A program made the position numbers and the translations under genes. A model generated the notes under the pieces. That model was not told the DNA's origin. It worked only from the letters and a program-made list of their open reading frames with translations, and made no database searches. A stretch of 64,000 nucleotides of DNA from Myxococcota bacterium (GTDB lineage Bacteria > Myxococcota_A > UBA9160 > JAFDDA01). Of this stretch, positions 1 through 9,543 are shown piece by piece. The stretch spans positions 4,704,001 through 4,768,000 of the forward strand of contig OZ245817.1 in NCBI GenBank assembly GCA_965228475.1, given 5' to 3'. Within the stretch, counting starts at the first letter, position 1. Each line of letters opens with the position of its first letter.

Positions 1-1293
1 ATCCTGGTCAGCGTCGACGATCACGTGGTCGAGCCGCCCGACATGTTCGAGCAGCACGTCCCCGTGCAGTGGAAGGACCGCGCGCCGCGGGTCGAGCGGC
101 TCGCCTCGGGCGCCGACGTCTGGACCTTCGAGGGCCAGCCGATTCCGAACATCGGCCTGAACGCCGTGGCCGGCCGGCCGCCCGAGGAGTACGGCGTCGA
201 GCCGACCTCCTTCGATCAGCTCCGCGCGGGCTGCTACGACGTCGACGCGCGCATCGGCGACATGAACGCGAACGGCGTGCTCGCGAGCATGTGCTTCCCC
301 TCGTTCCCGTCGTTCTGCGGCGCGCTCTTCCTGCGCTGCGAGGACAAGGCCCTCTCCCGCGTGATGCTCCAGGCCTACAACGATTGGCACATCGACCAGT
401 GGTGCGGGAGCCACCCCGGCCGCTTCATTCCGCTCTCGCTGCCCCCGATCTGGGACCCGGAGCTCATGGCCGAGGAGGTCCGGCGTGTCGCGAAGAAGGG
501 CTGCCACGCGGTCTCCTTCTGCGAGAACCCGGAGAAGCTCGGCCTGCCGAGCCTGCACGCCCCGCACTGGGACCCCTTCTGGCGCGCGTGCTCCGAGGAA
601 GGAACGATCGTCTGCATCCACATCGGCTCGGCGGCGGGCATGGTCTTCACGTCCATGGACTCGCCGGTGAACGTGATGATCACGGTCTCGCCGATGAACA
701 TCTTCAGCTGCGCAGCGGATCTCCTGTGGAGCCGGATGACGCGCGAGTATCCGGACCTCCGCTTCGCGCTCTCGGAGGGCGGCATCGGCTGGATCCCGTA
801 CTTCCTCGACCGCGTCGACTACGTCTACAAGCAGCACAAGGCCTGGACGCGGCAGGACTACGGCGGGCGGCTGCCGAGCGAGGTCTTCCGCGAGCGCTTC
901 ATCACCTGCTTCATCGACGACCCGGTCGGCGTGCGCGAACGCGAGCGGGTCGGCCTCGACACGATCACCTGGGAGTGCGACTACCCGCACTCGGACTCGA
1001 CCTGGCCGAAGGCGCCGGAGGCGCTCTTCTCGCGCCACTTCGAGGGCGTTCCGGACGCCGACATCCACGCCATCACCCACGGCAACGCGCTGCGCACCTT
1101 CCGGCTCGACCCCTTCGCCCATCTGCCGAAGGAGGAGTGCACCGTCGCGGCGCTGCGCGCGAAGGCCACGGACGTCGATCTTTCGCTGAAGGGGCACGGC
1201 GGAACGCCGCCGAACGACCACGGCGGGCCGGTCACGGCCGGGGACATCACGAAGCAGCTGGCGACGGCTTTCGTGGCGCCGCCGGCGGACTAG
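1..1293 (+). CDS. Amidohydrolase family 2 protein (5' end outside window)
   Basis: Frame open from base 1 (ILVSVDDHVVEPP); motifs AYNDWHID, CIHIGS, LSEGGIGWIP, WECDYPHSDSTWP typical of Amidohydro_2. Confidence 0.9.
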   Translation: MLVSVDDHVVEPPDMFEQHVPVQWKDRAPRVERLASGADVWTFEGQPIPNIGLNAVAGRPPEEYGVEPTSFDQLRAGCYDVDARIGDMNANGVLASMCFPSFPSFCGALFLRCEDKALSRVMLQAYNDWHIDQWCGSHPGRFIPLSLPPIWDPELMAEEVRRVAKKGCHAVSFCENPEKLGLPSLHAPHWDPFWRACSEEGTIVCIHIGSAAGMVFTSMDSPVNVMITVSPMNIFSCAADLLWSRMTREYPDLRFALSEGGIGWIPYFLDRVDYVYKQHKAWTRQDYGGRLPSEVFRERFITCFIDDPVGVRERERVGLDTITWECDYPHSDSTWPKAPEALFSRHFEGVPDADIHAITHGNALRTFRLDPFAHLPKEECTVAALRAKATDVDLSLKGHGGTPPNDHGGPVTAGDITKQLATAFVAPPAD

Positions 1294-1294
1294 C

Positions 1295-2299
1295 TCAGGC
1301 GGCGAGAAGCGCCTTCGTCCGGCCGGCGAGCAGATCCGCCACGGGCCGCGAGCCGTCGAAGCGCTCGCACAGGATCTTGATCACCACGGTGATCGGGACG
1401 GAGAGGATCATCCCGATGATCCCCCAAAGCATGCCCCACAGGATGAGCGAGAGCAGGATCGTCACGGGGTGGAGGTCGAGCGACTCGCCCATGATCGTCG
1501 GCTCGAGGAAGTTCCCGACGGTGAGCTGGATGGCCGCCGGCACGGCGATGGCCGCGAGCGCGACCTGGGACGAGATCTCCGGGCTCACGAGCAGGATCGG
1601 CAGCGGCAGGAGCGTCGCCGCGATCGAGCCGATGCTCGGGATGAAGTTCAACAGGAAGGCGAAGAGCCCGAACACCAGCGCGAGCGGAACGCCGAGCAGC
1701 AGGAGCGTCAGCCCGACGAAGAAGCCCGTGGCGAGCGAGATCACCGCCTTCGTCGCGATGTAGCGCTTGATCCGCTTCTCGGCTTCGCCCCACATACCGT
1801 CCTTCGCGGCACGGCGACTGCTCCCGAAGACCAGGAACAGCACGAAGATCAGCACGACGAAGGAGTTCGAGAGCGTGTTGGCGATGGCGTTCGCCGTGCG
1901 CGCGAGGAAGCCGCCGATCGTCGAGACCGGGATCTGCGCCAGGGCCGCCTCCTGGGCGGGGCGCCAGCGCTCAGGGACCAGCGCCACCGCGTCCTCGGCG
2001 AGCTGGGAGAGATGAGCGGTGTAGAGGTCGGCCTTGGCCGTGAGCTCACCGACGGAGATCGAGACCAGCGTCGCCATGCCCACGAGCACGCCGACCCCGG
2101 CCAGCACCGCCGAGGCCATCGCCAGGGAGCGCGGAACCTTCAGGTGCTCTTCGAGGAACTCCGCCGCCGCGTGGAGCCCCATCGTGATGAACAGGGCCAG
2201 CGTGAAGGGAACCATCACCGGGCGAAGCCAGTAGAGGGCGGCTCCCGTCAGCACCGTGGCGATGAGCACCAGGCTGACGGTCTGGACGCGGGACTCCAT
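1295..2299 (-). CDS. AI-2E family transporter
   Basis: Multi-TM protein with LLNFIPSIGS, GNFLEPTIMGESLDLHP and WGMLWGIIGMILSVP motifs. Confidence 0.9.
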   Translation of the reverse strand: MESRVQTVSLVLIATVLTGAALYWLRPVMVPFTLALFITMGLHAAAEFLEEHLKVPRSLAMASAVLAGVGVLVGMATLVSISVGELTAKADLYTAHLSQLAEDAVALVPERWRPAQEAALAQIPVSTIGGFLARTANAIANTLSNSFVVLIFVLFLVFGSSRRAAKDGMWGEAEKRIKRYIATKAVISLATGFFVGLTLLLLGVPLALVFGLFAFLLNFIPSIGSIAATLLPLPILLVSPEISSQVALAAIAVPAAIQLTVGNFLEPTIMGESLDLHPVTILLSLILWGMLWGIIGMILSVPITVVIKILCERFDGSRPVADLLAGRTKALLAA

Positions 2300-2306
2300 C
2301 GCTCGT

Positions 2307-3821
2307 CTATAGCAAGCCGTCCCAGACGCGCCGGGAATTCGCGCCCGGGTCGTCCTCGAAGCGGAGCTCGCGGTCGAAGAGCAGCGTGGTCCGGGACTCG
2401 GGCGTCCAGGCCGGCCAGGCGCCGCCCGGGAGGCCGTCGTGCGCCGGGTTCCCGGTGCGGGCGAAGGCCAGCCAGGCGTCCATCGTGGCTTCGGAGAGTG
2501 CGTCGGCGTCGGGCCCCTCGGCGTTGAAGAAGTCCGCGCCCTGCATGCCCGTGCTGGTCACGCCGAAGACGAAGGGCAGCTCGATCGCGTGACACGCGCC
2601 GAGCATCCCGTTGCCGAAGCCGGCGACCCAGTCGTAGCGGTAGCAGTAGATGGAGCCGGGGTGCGCGTGGTGCGCCTCGGCCAGCCGCTGGGCCGGGATG
2701 CGGAAGACGCGGTCCGTCTCGAGCGCGAAGTAGAGGTCCGGCGGCGTCGCCTCGTGGCCGTGGTCGGCGCGGTAGGCGTCGAGAAGGGCGTCGGGCGTCC
2801 CGTGGTTCGCGATGCGGTCGCGCAGTCCGGCCTCGTCGAGCTGGGCCACGGCGGGGTCGAGGAACCCGAAGAGCTTCCACTCGTCGCGCGTCGTTCCGAC
2901 GAGCAGATCGACGCCGGCCGCCGAGCCTTCGCGGACCGCGTCGTGGGGCGTCGCGGGCAGGAAGTCCCCGTCGTGCACGGGCTGGAAGGGCAGCAGGCCG
3001 AGGGTGGTCCCGAGCGCGAGACTCGTCTGGGCCTGGGCGTCGCGGATCTTCTCCGCCGGAAGCTCGCGCAGGGCCCGCCCGGCATCGGCCGCGTCGACGC
3101 CGAGGGTCGCGAGGAGCGACTCCCCGACCTTCGTCGCCGTCGCCGCGTCGTGGACGTTGTGGGCGGCGCCGCTCTGGGGGATCGCCTTGTGGAAGAGCCC
3201 ACGCGCGGCGGGCGCGCCGAGGAGCGTGCCGACGCTCATGCCCCCCGCCGACTCCCCGAAGATCGTGACGTTGCCCGGGTCGCCACCGAAGGCCGCGATG
3301 TTGCGCTGCACCCACTCGAGGGCGGCCACTTGATCGCGGATGCCGCAGTTCGAGACCGCCTCCTCGAGACCGGGCGCGAGCTCCGGCAGGTGCAGGAAGC
3401 CGAGCGCCCCGAGGCGGTAGTTGATCGTCACCACGACGACGTCGCCGCGGCGCGCGAGCCGCGTGCCGTCGTAGATGGTCTGGGTGCCCGAGCCGAGCAC
3501 GAAGGCGCCCCCGTGGATCCACACCATGACCGGGCGCTTCGCGGCATCGGCGCCGGGCGTGAAGACGTTCAGGAAGAGGCAGTCTTCGTTCTGCTCACCG
3601 ACGTCCATGCCCGGGAGCGGAAGCATGATCGGCGGCTGGAGCGAGCAGGTCCCGGCCGCGCTGGCGTCGCGGACGCCGGCCCAGGGCTCGGGCGGCGCGG
3701 GGGCGGCGAAGCGGCGCGCGCCGACCGGCGGTGCCGCGTACGGGATGCCCCGGAAGATCTCGATGCCCTCCGCGTTCGTTCCCTCGAGCTTTCCGTACTG
3801 CGTCTCGACGATCGTTCCCAT
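2307..3821 (-). CDS. Type B carboxylesterase/lipase
   Basis: FRGIPYAAPP, EDCLFLNVF, WIHGGAF, catalytic GESAG, and ACHAIELPFVFG. Confidence 0.93.
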   Translation of the reverse strand: MGTIVETQYGKLEGTNAEGIEIFRGIPYAAPPVGARRFAAPAPPEPWAGVRDASAAGTCSLQPPIMLPLPGMDVGEQNEDCLFLNVFTPGADAAKRPVMVWIHGGAFVLGSGTQTIYDGTRLARRGDVVVVTINYRLGALGFLHLPELAPGLEEAVSNCGIRDQVAALEWVQRNIAAFGGDPGNVTIFGESAGGMSVGTLLGAPAARGLFHKAIPQSGAAHNVHDAATATKVGESLLATLGVDAADAGRALRELPAEKIRDAQAQTSLALGTTLGLLPFQPVHDGDFLPATPHDAVREGSAAGVDLLVGTTRDEWKLFGFLDPAVAQLDEAGLRDRIANHGTPDALLDAYRADHGHEATPPDLYFALETDRVFRIPAQRLAEAHHAHPGSIYCYRYDWVAGFGNGMLGACHAIELPFVFGVTSTGMQGADFFNAEGPDADALSEATMDAWLAFARTGNPAHDGLPGGAWPAWTPESRTTLLFDRELRFEDDPGANSRRVWDGLL

Positions 3822-3921
3822 GGCTCCTCCGGTACGTAGCGCGTGGTGCGGGCGACACGACAGGATGCACGAAAAGCGGCGGGGAAGGAACCTCCCCGGG
3901 CGGGCGCCCGGGAGCCTCCCG

Positions 3922-4623
3922 TCAGGACGTCGAGGCCCAGGACCCCGGGCGGCCCGGGCGCTCGAGGGCGTGGGCGAGGTCCGCCAGGAAACAGGCCCGC
4001 GGGATGGACTTCGCGCCCATCGAGAGCAGGTGATCGTTCTCCACCTGGCAGTCGAGGAACGCGTAGCCGAAGGCCTCGAGCCGCTCGCACAGCGCCACCA
4101 TGGCGACCTTGGATGCGTCGCGTTCGCGGTGGAACATCGACTCGCCGAAGAAGCCGCCGCCGATCGCCACGCCGTAGATGCCGCCGACGAGCCGGCCCCC
4201 GCGCCAGGCCTCGACGCTGTGGGCGTAGCCGAGCCGGTGCAGCGCGACGTAGGCCTCGATCATCGATTCGCTGATCCAGGTTCCGTCCTGTTCGCTGCGC
4301 GGAACGGTGCCGCAGGCGCGCATCGTGCCCTCGAAGTCCGAGTCGACGCGGATCTCGAAACGCTTCTGCCGCAGCGTCTTGGCGAGCTTTCGCGAGACGT
4401 GGACCTCGCTGGGTTCGAGCACGCAGCGCGGGTCCGGCGAGAACCACAGCATCGGCTCCACCTCGCTCGAGGGCCACGGGAAGATGCCCTGGCGGTACGC
4501 CGCCAGGAGCCACTCGGGCCCGAGGCCGCCGCCGACCGCCAGGAGTCCGCTTTCGTGGGCGCACTCGGGCGGCGGAAACACCGGCTCCTCACCGAGCCAA
4601 TAGGGGCCTTCGCGCCAGCGCAT
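3922..4623 (-). CDS. aat: Leucyl/phenylalanyl-tRNA--protein transferase
   Basis: GLLAVGG, AYRQGIFPW, WFSPDPR, AHSVEAW, FFGESMFH, DASKVA, LDCQV. Confidence 0.95.
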   Translation of the reverse strand: MRWREGPYWLGEEPVFPPPECAHESGLLAVGGGLGPEWLLAAYRQGIFPWPSSEVEPMLWFSPDPRCVLEPSEVHVSRKLAKTLRQKRFEIRVDSDFEGTMRACGTVPRSEQDGTWISESMIEAYVALHRLGYAHSVEAWRGGRLVGGIYGVAIGGGFFGESMFHRERDASKVAMVALCERLEAFGYAFLDCQVENDHLLSMGAKSIPRACFLADLAHALERPGRPGSWASTS

Positions 4624-4664
4624 GCCGGAAGGCTAGCCAGGAGTGGGCCGGAGGGCAGATCGCC

Positions 4665-5141
4665 CTAGGACTCGCGGAAGGAGCAGACCTTCCAGGCGCC
4701 GTCGCCGGTCTCGCAGACTTCGGCCCGCTGCCGCCGCTCGTGGCAGGCTTTGCGTTTCCGGCAGATCTGCTGGATCGCCTCGATGGTGACGGTGGACCCG
4801 TCCGTGGAGGACGTCTCCGAGAGCCGCTCGTAGCCGATCGAGACCACGTTGCCCTCGGCCGCGAGCACCTGGTCGTCCGGCGTCGCCTTGGAGCGGCCGA
4901 CACCGAGACGTGTATTTCGCCGTCCGCGCAGCTCCTGCACCTGGACCGTGCGCACCGCGCCCTTGGTGGCCAGCTTGCGCGCCTGCCCGTAGCGATCGTT
5001 CGCGAGATGCGAAGCGAACCGCTCGTAGGTCTCGAAGGCCTCGCTCCGGGGCGCGACCGCCTCGGGCAGCGAGACCGTTCCGGTCTGGAGGACCCACCAG
5101 CCGCCGCCGGCCAGGAGTGCCAAGAACAAGAGCTTTCCCAT
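4665..5141 (-). CDS. Hypothetical membrane-anchored protein
   Basis: N-terminal hydrophobic anchor (LLFLALLAGGGWWVL), GAGG RBS upstream, four C-terminal Cys; no family recognised. Confidence 0.65.
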   Translation of the reverse strand: MGKLLFLALLAGGGWWVLQTGTVSLPEAVAPRSEAFETYERFASHLANDRYGQARKLATKGAVRTVQVQELRGRRNTRLGVGRSKATPDDQVLAAEGNVVSIGYERLSETSSTDGSTVTIEAIQQICRKRKACHERRQRAEVCETGDGAWKVCSFRES

Positions 5142-5234
5142 GGCGCCACCTCGGACGCTTCATCGGCCGCCCGCGGGGCCCCATTGAGCCGCAGTTTCGG
5201 GAGCGGCTGTCGTACCATGGGCGCCGGAGGAACC

Positions 5235-6662
5235 ATGGGAGCCCGTACCGTTCTCTACGTCTGCCTGCTTTCTGGCTGGCTCGCCCTGCCGGCCGGCCCG
5301 GTCCGCGGGGACGACGCGGCGATCGCCCGCTTCACCGAGGCCCTGCGCTTCGAGACCATCTCCTTCGGCGACCCGGCGAACTGGCGCAGCGAGCCGTTCC
5401 TGGACCTCCACCGGCACCTGGAAGCGAGCTTCCCGCGCGTGCACCAGACCCTCCAGCGCGACGTCGTCGGGGACTACAGCCTGCTCTACACCTGGCGTGG
5501 GAACGATGCGGGCGCGGCACCGATCCTCCTGACCTCCCACCTCGACGTCGTCCCGGTTCCCGAGAGCACCCTCGAAGAGTGGGAGCAGCCGCCGTTCTCC
5601 GGCGCGATCGCGGACGGCTTCATCTGGGGCCGGGGCACCCTCGACAACAAGTACGGCGTCGTCGCCAGCCTCGAAGCCGTCGAGCGGCTGCTCTCCGATG
5701 GCTTCACGCCCTCCCGAACGGTCTACCTCGCCTTCGGCCACAACGAGGAGATCGGCGGCCAGGGCGGCGCGGCGGCCATCACGGACCTGCTCGCCTCCCG
5801 AGGCGTCCAGCTCGCCTGGAGCCTCGACGAAGGCCTCGCGGTGGTGTCGGGGGCCGTCCCGGGCCTCGAGGCTCCGACCGCCATGATCGGCATCGCCGAG
5901 AAGGGCTACGCCACCTTCGAGATCACGGCGCGGGCCGAGGGGGGACATTCGAGCACGCCTCCGCGTGAGGGCGCGATCGGCCGGCTCTCACGCGCCATCG
6001 CCCGCATCGAAGGCAACCCGATGCCCGGGCGCATGGACATCGCCGGGGGCCTCTTCGACGCGATCGGGCCTCACGTCGAGGGCGTCCAGGGGTTCGCGAT
6101 GCGCAACCACGGGCTGCTCGGCCCCGTCCTGCGCCGCGTCCTTTCGGGCAGCCCGGTGACGGACGCGATGCTCCGCACGACCACCGCGGTGACGATCGTC
6201 CGCGGCGGGACCAAGGAGAACATCCTCCCGCGCAGCGCCACGGCCACGGTGAACTTCCGCCTCTTCCCGGGCGACACGCCCGAAGACGTCGCCGCCCACC
6301 TCGCCGAGGTCATCGACGACGAAGGCGTCGAGATCGAACTCCTCGGCGGCAACGGCGCCTCCGCGGTCTCGAGCGACGAGAGCCGAGGCTTCACGGACAT
6401 CGCCGCCGCCATCGCCCGCGTCTTCCCGGATGCGATCGTGGCCCCGGGCCTCGTCCTCGCCGCCACGGACACCCGGCACTACAGCCGGATCGCCGACGAC
6501 GCCTACCGCTTCGGCCCCCTCGTGCTCACGACCGAGGACGCCAAGCGGATCCACGGGGTGAACGAACGCATCGGCGTCGAGAACTACCTGCAATGCATCG
6601 AGTTCTACGAGGCCCTGATCCGCCAGAGCGCCGGGCCGGGCAGCGAGCGCCCGGCCGAGTGA
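5235..6662 (+). CDS. M20 family peptidase (PM20D1/carboxypeptidase S-like), secreted
   Basis: Signal peptide; SHLDVVP, WGRGTLDNK, GHNEEIGG, GGHSSTPP, ATDTRHY, IHGVNERI; ATG preceded by GGAGG. Confidence 0.9.
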   Translation: MGARTVLYVCLLSGWLALPAGPVRGDDAAIARFTEALRFETISFGDPANWRSEPFLDLHRHLEASFPRVHQTLQRDVVGDYSLLYTWRGNDAGAAPILLTSHLDVVPVPESTLEEWEQPPFSGAIADGFIWGRGTLDNKYGVVASLEAVERLLSDGFTPSRTVYLAFGHNEEIGGQGGAAAITDLLASRGVQLAWSLDEGLAVVSGAVPGLEAPTAMIGIAEKGYATFEITARAEGGHSSTPPREGAIGRLSRAIARIEGNPMPGRMDIAGGLFDAIGPHVEGVQGFAMRNHGLLGPVLRRVLSGSPVTDAMLRTTTAVTIVRGGTKENILPRSATATVNFRLFPGDTPEDVAAHLAEVIDDEGVEIELLGGNGASAVSSDESRGFTDIAAAIARVFPDAIVAPGLVLAATDTRHYSRIADDAYRFGPLVLTTEDAKRIHGVNERIGVENYLQCIEFYEALIRQSAGPGSERPAE

Positions 6663-7168
6663 CGCCGGCCGAGCCCGTCTGGTACTTCGGCTACGGGAGC
6701 AACACCGAGCGCGGCACCTTCCTCGGCCGCCGCCGCATGCGCCCCCTCGAGGTCCGCGTCGGCCGTCTCGACGATTGGCTGCTGCGCTTCGACCTGCCGG
6801 TCGGCCGCGGGGAACGCGGGGTCGCGAACGTCGTGCCGCGGCGCGGGGAGCACGTCTGGGGCGTTCTCTGGCGCATCTCCGCCGAGCAGGCCCGCCACCT
6901 CGACCGGACCGAGGGCGTCGACCGCGGCTTCTACCGCCGCGTCGAGGTCGGCGTCCAGACCGGGGAAGGCGGCGCCGGCGGCGAGCTCGTCCGGGCCTTC
7001 ACCTACCACTCGCAGCGCGGGCGCGACGGCCGCAAGCCCTCCCGCCGCTACATGGGGCTGCTCCTCGCCGGCGCCCGCCAACACGGCCTCCCGGAGCCGT
7101 GGGTCGCGAACCTGCGCCGATTCGAGCTCGCCCGCGACGAGCGCACCGCCCAGGGGCGCCTCTTCTAG
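6659..7168 (+). CDS. Gamma-glutamylcyclotransferase family protein
   Basis: WYFGYGSN motif, VWGVLW, LDRTEG, PSRRY; GTG start overlaps upstream stop (GTGA). Confidence 0.85.
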   Translation: MTPAEPVWYFGYGSNTERGTFLGRRRMRPLEVRVGRLDDWLLRFDLPVGRGERGVANVVPRRGEHVWGVLWRISAEQARHLDRTEGVDRGFYRRVEVGVQTGEGGAGGELVRAFTYHSQRGRDGRKPSRRYMGLLLAGARQHGLPEPWVANLRRFELARDERTAQGRLF

Positions 7169-7197
7169 GGTGGGCCCGGGCGTCCTATACTGAAGAC

Positions 7198-7650
7198 ATG
7201 ACCCGCCGCGTCCACGAGCTGATGAACCCGGACGTCGTTTGTGCCTACCCGGACATGAGCGCCGGGGAGGCGCTGCGCCTCCTGCTCGACCGCGACGTCT
7301 TCGACGCGCCGGTCGTGAGTGGCGACGGCCGCATCATCGGCATCATCTCCCAGAGCGCGCTCATGCGGCACGTCGAGGCCCCCACGACCGCCAGCCAGAC
7401 GGGCCACTTCTTCACCGACGACGACGACTACCGGGATCTCGGGAATCTGCCGGGCGACCAGAGCGACACCCCCGTCGAGAAGATCATGACCACGGAGATG
7501 CACCCGGTGACGCGCGAGACGGGCGTCGCGGTGGCCGCGAACATCATGCGCGAGCGGAGCCTCCATCGGCTCTTCGTGACCGACCAGGGCAAACTCGTCG
7601 GCGTCGTGACCTCGCTCGATCTCCTGCGGATCGTCGAAGAGTTCGGCTAG
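7198..7650 (+). CDS. CBS domain pair protein
   Basis: Two CBS repeats (VHELMNPDVV...APVV...IIGIIS; VEKIMT...HRLFV...LVGVVTSLDLL). Confidence 0.88.
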   Translation: MTRRVHELMNPDVVCAYPDMSAGEALRLLLDRDVFDAPVVSGDGRIIGIISQSALMRHVEAPTTASQTGHFFTDDDDYRDLGNLPGDQSDTPVEKIMTTEMHPVTRETGVAVAANIMRERSLHRLFVTDQGKLVGVVTSLDLLRIVEEFG

Positions 7651-7657
7651 CGCGCCC

Positions 7658-8428
7658 TTGGGCACCGCCATCGTCTCGGGAAGCGCTTCGGGGATCGGCG
7701 CGGCCGTCCGCCAGCGCCTGGAAGCCTCGGGAGATCGCGTCGTCGGGATCGACCGGCGCGATGCGGACGTCGTCGCGGACCTCTCGAACCCCGACGGCCG
7801 GAACGCCGCCCTCGCCGGAGCCCGCGCAGCCTGCCCCGAAGGCGTCGACCGCCTGGTGCTGTGCGCCGGCCTCGGCGCCCACGTCGACGACGTTCCCGCG
7901 ATCGCCTCCGTCAACTACTTCGGCGCCGTCGAGCTCCTCGACGGTCTGAAGGACGCCATGTCCGGCCGCGATGGCGCCGCGGCCGTGGTCGTCTGCTCGA
8001 ACAGCGCCCAGCTCGGCCCCTTCCAGGAACACCCCTTCGTCCTCGCCCTGCTCGACCACGACGAGGCGCGCGCCCACGAGATCCTCGCGGGCGATCAGGG
8101 CGGCGGCTACATCGCCTACGGCGGCTCGAAGCACGCCCTCTCCCGAGCGGTGCGGCGGCGCGCCATGGGCTTCGGCCGCGCGGGCATCCGCCTGAACGGC
8201 ATCGCGCCGGGGCCGACGCGGACGCCTCTCATGGAAGGCACCATCGCCCATCCGATCTGGAGCAAGGGCGTCGAGATGCTCGACCTGCCGATCGACCGCT
8301 GGGCGGAGCCCGAAGAGATGGCCGGCGTCGTCGCCTTCCTGCTCGGCCCGGAAGCGGCGTACGTCCACGGGAGCATCCTCTACGCCGACGGCGGACACGA
8401 CGCGTCCGTCCGACCGGACGGCTTCTGA
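7658..8428 (+). CDS. SDR oxidoreductase, 3-alpha-hydroxysteroid dehydrogenase-like
   Basis: SGSASGIG Rossmann motif, ADLS, VNYFG, YGGSK catalytic YxxxK, NGIAPG; architecture like Comamonas 3-alpha-HSD/CR. Confidence 0.85.
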   Translation: MGTAIVSGSASGIGAAVRQRLEASGDRVVGIDRRDADVVADLSNPDGRNAALAGARAACPEGVDRLVLCAGLGAHVDDVPAIASVNYFGAVELLDGLKDAMSGRDGAAAVVVCSNSAQLGPFQEHPFVLALLDHDEARAHEILAGDQGGGYIAYGGSKHALSRAVRRRAMGFGRAGIRLNGIAPGPTRTPLMEGTIAHPIWSKGVEMLDLPIDRWAEPEEMAGVVAFLLGPEAAYVHGSILYADGGHDASVRPDGF

Positions 8429-8446
8429 GAAGACCCCGCGCCCGCG

Positions 8447-9391
8447 CTAGCGGACCGGCTCCACCCGATAGCCCCGCTCGCGGAGCAGCGTGATCACGCT
8501 GCGGTCGCCCACCAGATGCAGCGCACCGACCACCGCGAGCCGCGTCCCGCCGCGCTCGAGCCGCTCGGCGACGCCCTGCGCCATGGTCACGTTCCGGCGA
8601 TGGATCACGTGCTCGCTGAAATCCGGGGAGAGATCCAGCATCGCTGCCATCTCGGCGGCATCGCGGGTCTTCCACGAAGCCAGCATCTCCTTCAGTTCGG
8701 ACTCGAAGCCCCCGCCCCCATCCCAGAGTTCGAGGATGCGCGCCAGCTCGTCCGCGTAGACGGCGTCCGGAACCGCGGCCAGGGAGGCCAGCTGCTCGGC
8801 CATCGTTTCGAGGTAACCGCGGGGGGTCACCTCCGGGATGCGCCGCTGGAGCACGTTCTCCACGCCGTTCTCGACGTCGATCCCCATGGACTCCATCTGG
8901 GAGATCGTCATCCAGAACGCGATCAGCCAGGGGCGCGTGCGTTCGCGGTCGGGGACGAGCGTGGCGACCGTCGGGGCCGCCTCGACGAACCGCTCGAGGC
9001 GCTCGAGCGAGGCCGGATCGAGGAAGTCCGAGAGGCCCTGGGCCGGGGGAAAGGTGCCGTAGTAGCCGAGCATCTGGAGCAGCGCGACGGGGTTCGCCGC
9101 TTCGGCGTCGTCGACCTCGAAGACGACCTCCTCGGCTCCGTCGATGATCTCCGCGACCCGCGGTCCGAAGGAGAGCGGCACGTCGAGGAGGTGGACCGAG
9201 CCGAGCAGGAAGACGCGGCTCGCGGCGTCCGTGGGGTGCGACGCCTCCCAGAGGAAGGCGTTCTCGACGCGAAGCGTATGGGGCCCGCGGGAGACTGCGG
9301 GGGCGGGCTCGGGCGCCCGAGGCTCGGGGTTCGAGGCACACGCGAGCGGAGCGGCCAGGAGCAGTACCGTGCAGGCGGACTTCCAGGACAT
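8447..9391 (-). CDS. TraB/GumN family lipoprotein
   Basis: Lipobox-like PLAC; FLLGSVH, RPW, YLET..EQ, RRNVTM, VVGALHLVG. Confidence 0.85.
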   Translation of the reverse strand: MSWKSACTVLLLAAPLACASNPEPRAPEPAPAVSRGPHTLRVENAFLWEASHPTDAASRVFLLGSVHLLDVPLSFGPRVAEIIDGAEEVVFEVDDAEAANPVALLQMLGYYGTFPPAQGLSDFLDPASLERLERFVEAAPTVATLVPDRERTRPWLIAFWMTISQMESMGIDVENGVENVLQRRIPEVTPRGYLETMAEQLASLAAVPDAVYADELARILELWDGGGGFESELKEMLASWKTRDAAEMAAMLDLSPDFSEHVIHRRNVTMAQGVAERLERGGTRLAVVGALHLVGDRSVITLLRERGYRVEPVR

Positions 9392-9543
9392 GGGGACCCT
9401 CCTCCCATCGACCCGGGATCATACGCGCCCCCACGGCCGGCCCGCACGCCCGGCCGGGAGGTCCGGGCGAGTTCGGGCTTTACCGCGCCGTCGGATTCGT
9501 GTTCACTCGGGCGACCGCGGGTTCCTGCTTCGCGGAGACCTCC

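Noticed and set aside
5736..5750. GHNEE instead of the common GHDEE in the M20 peptidase
   Set aside because: The catalytic and metal-binding EE pair and other ligands are intact, so this is probably neutral variation.
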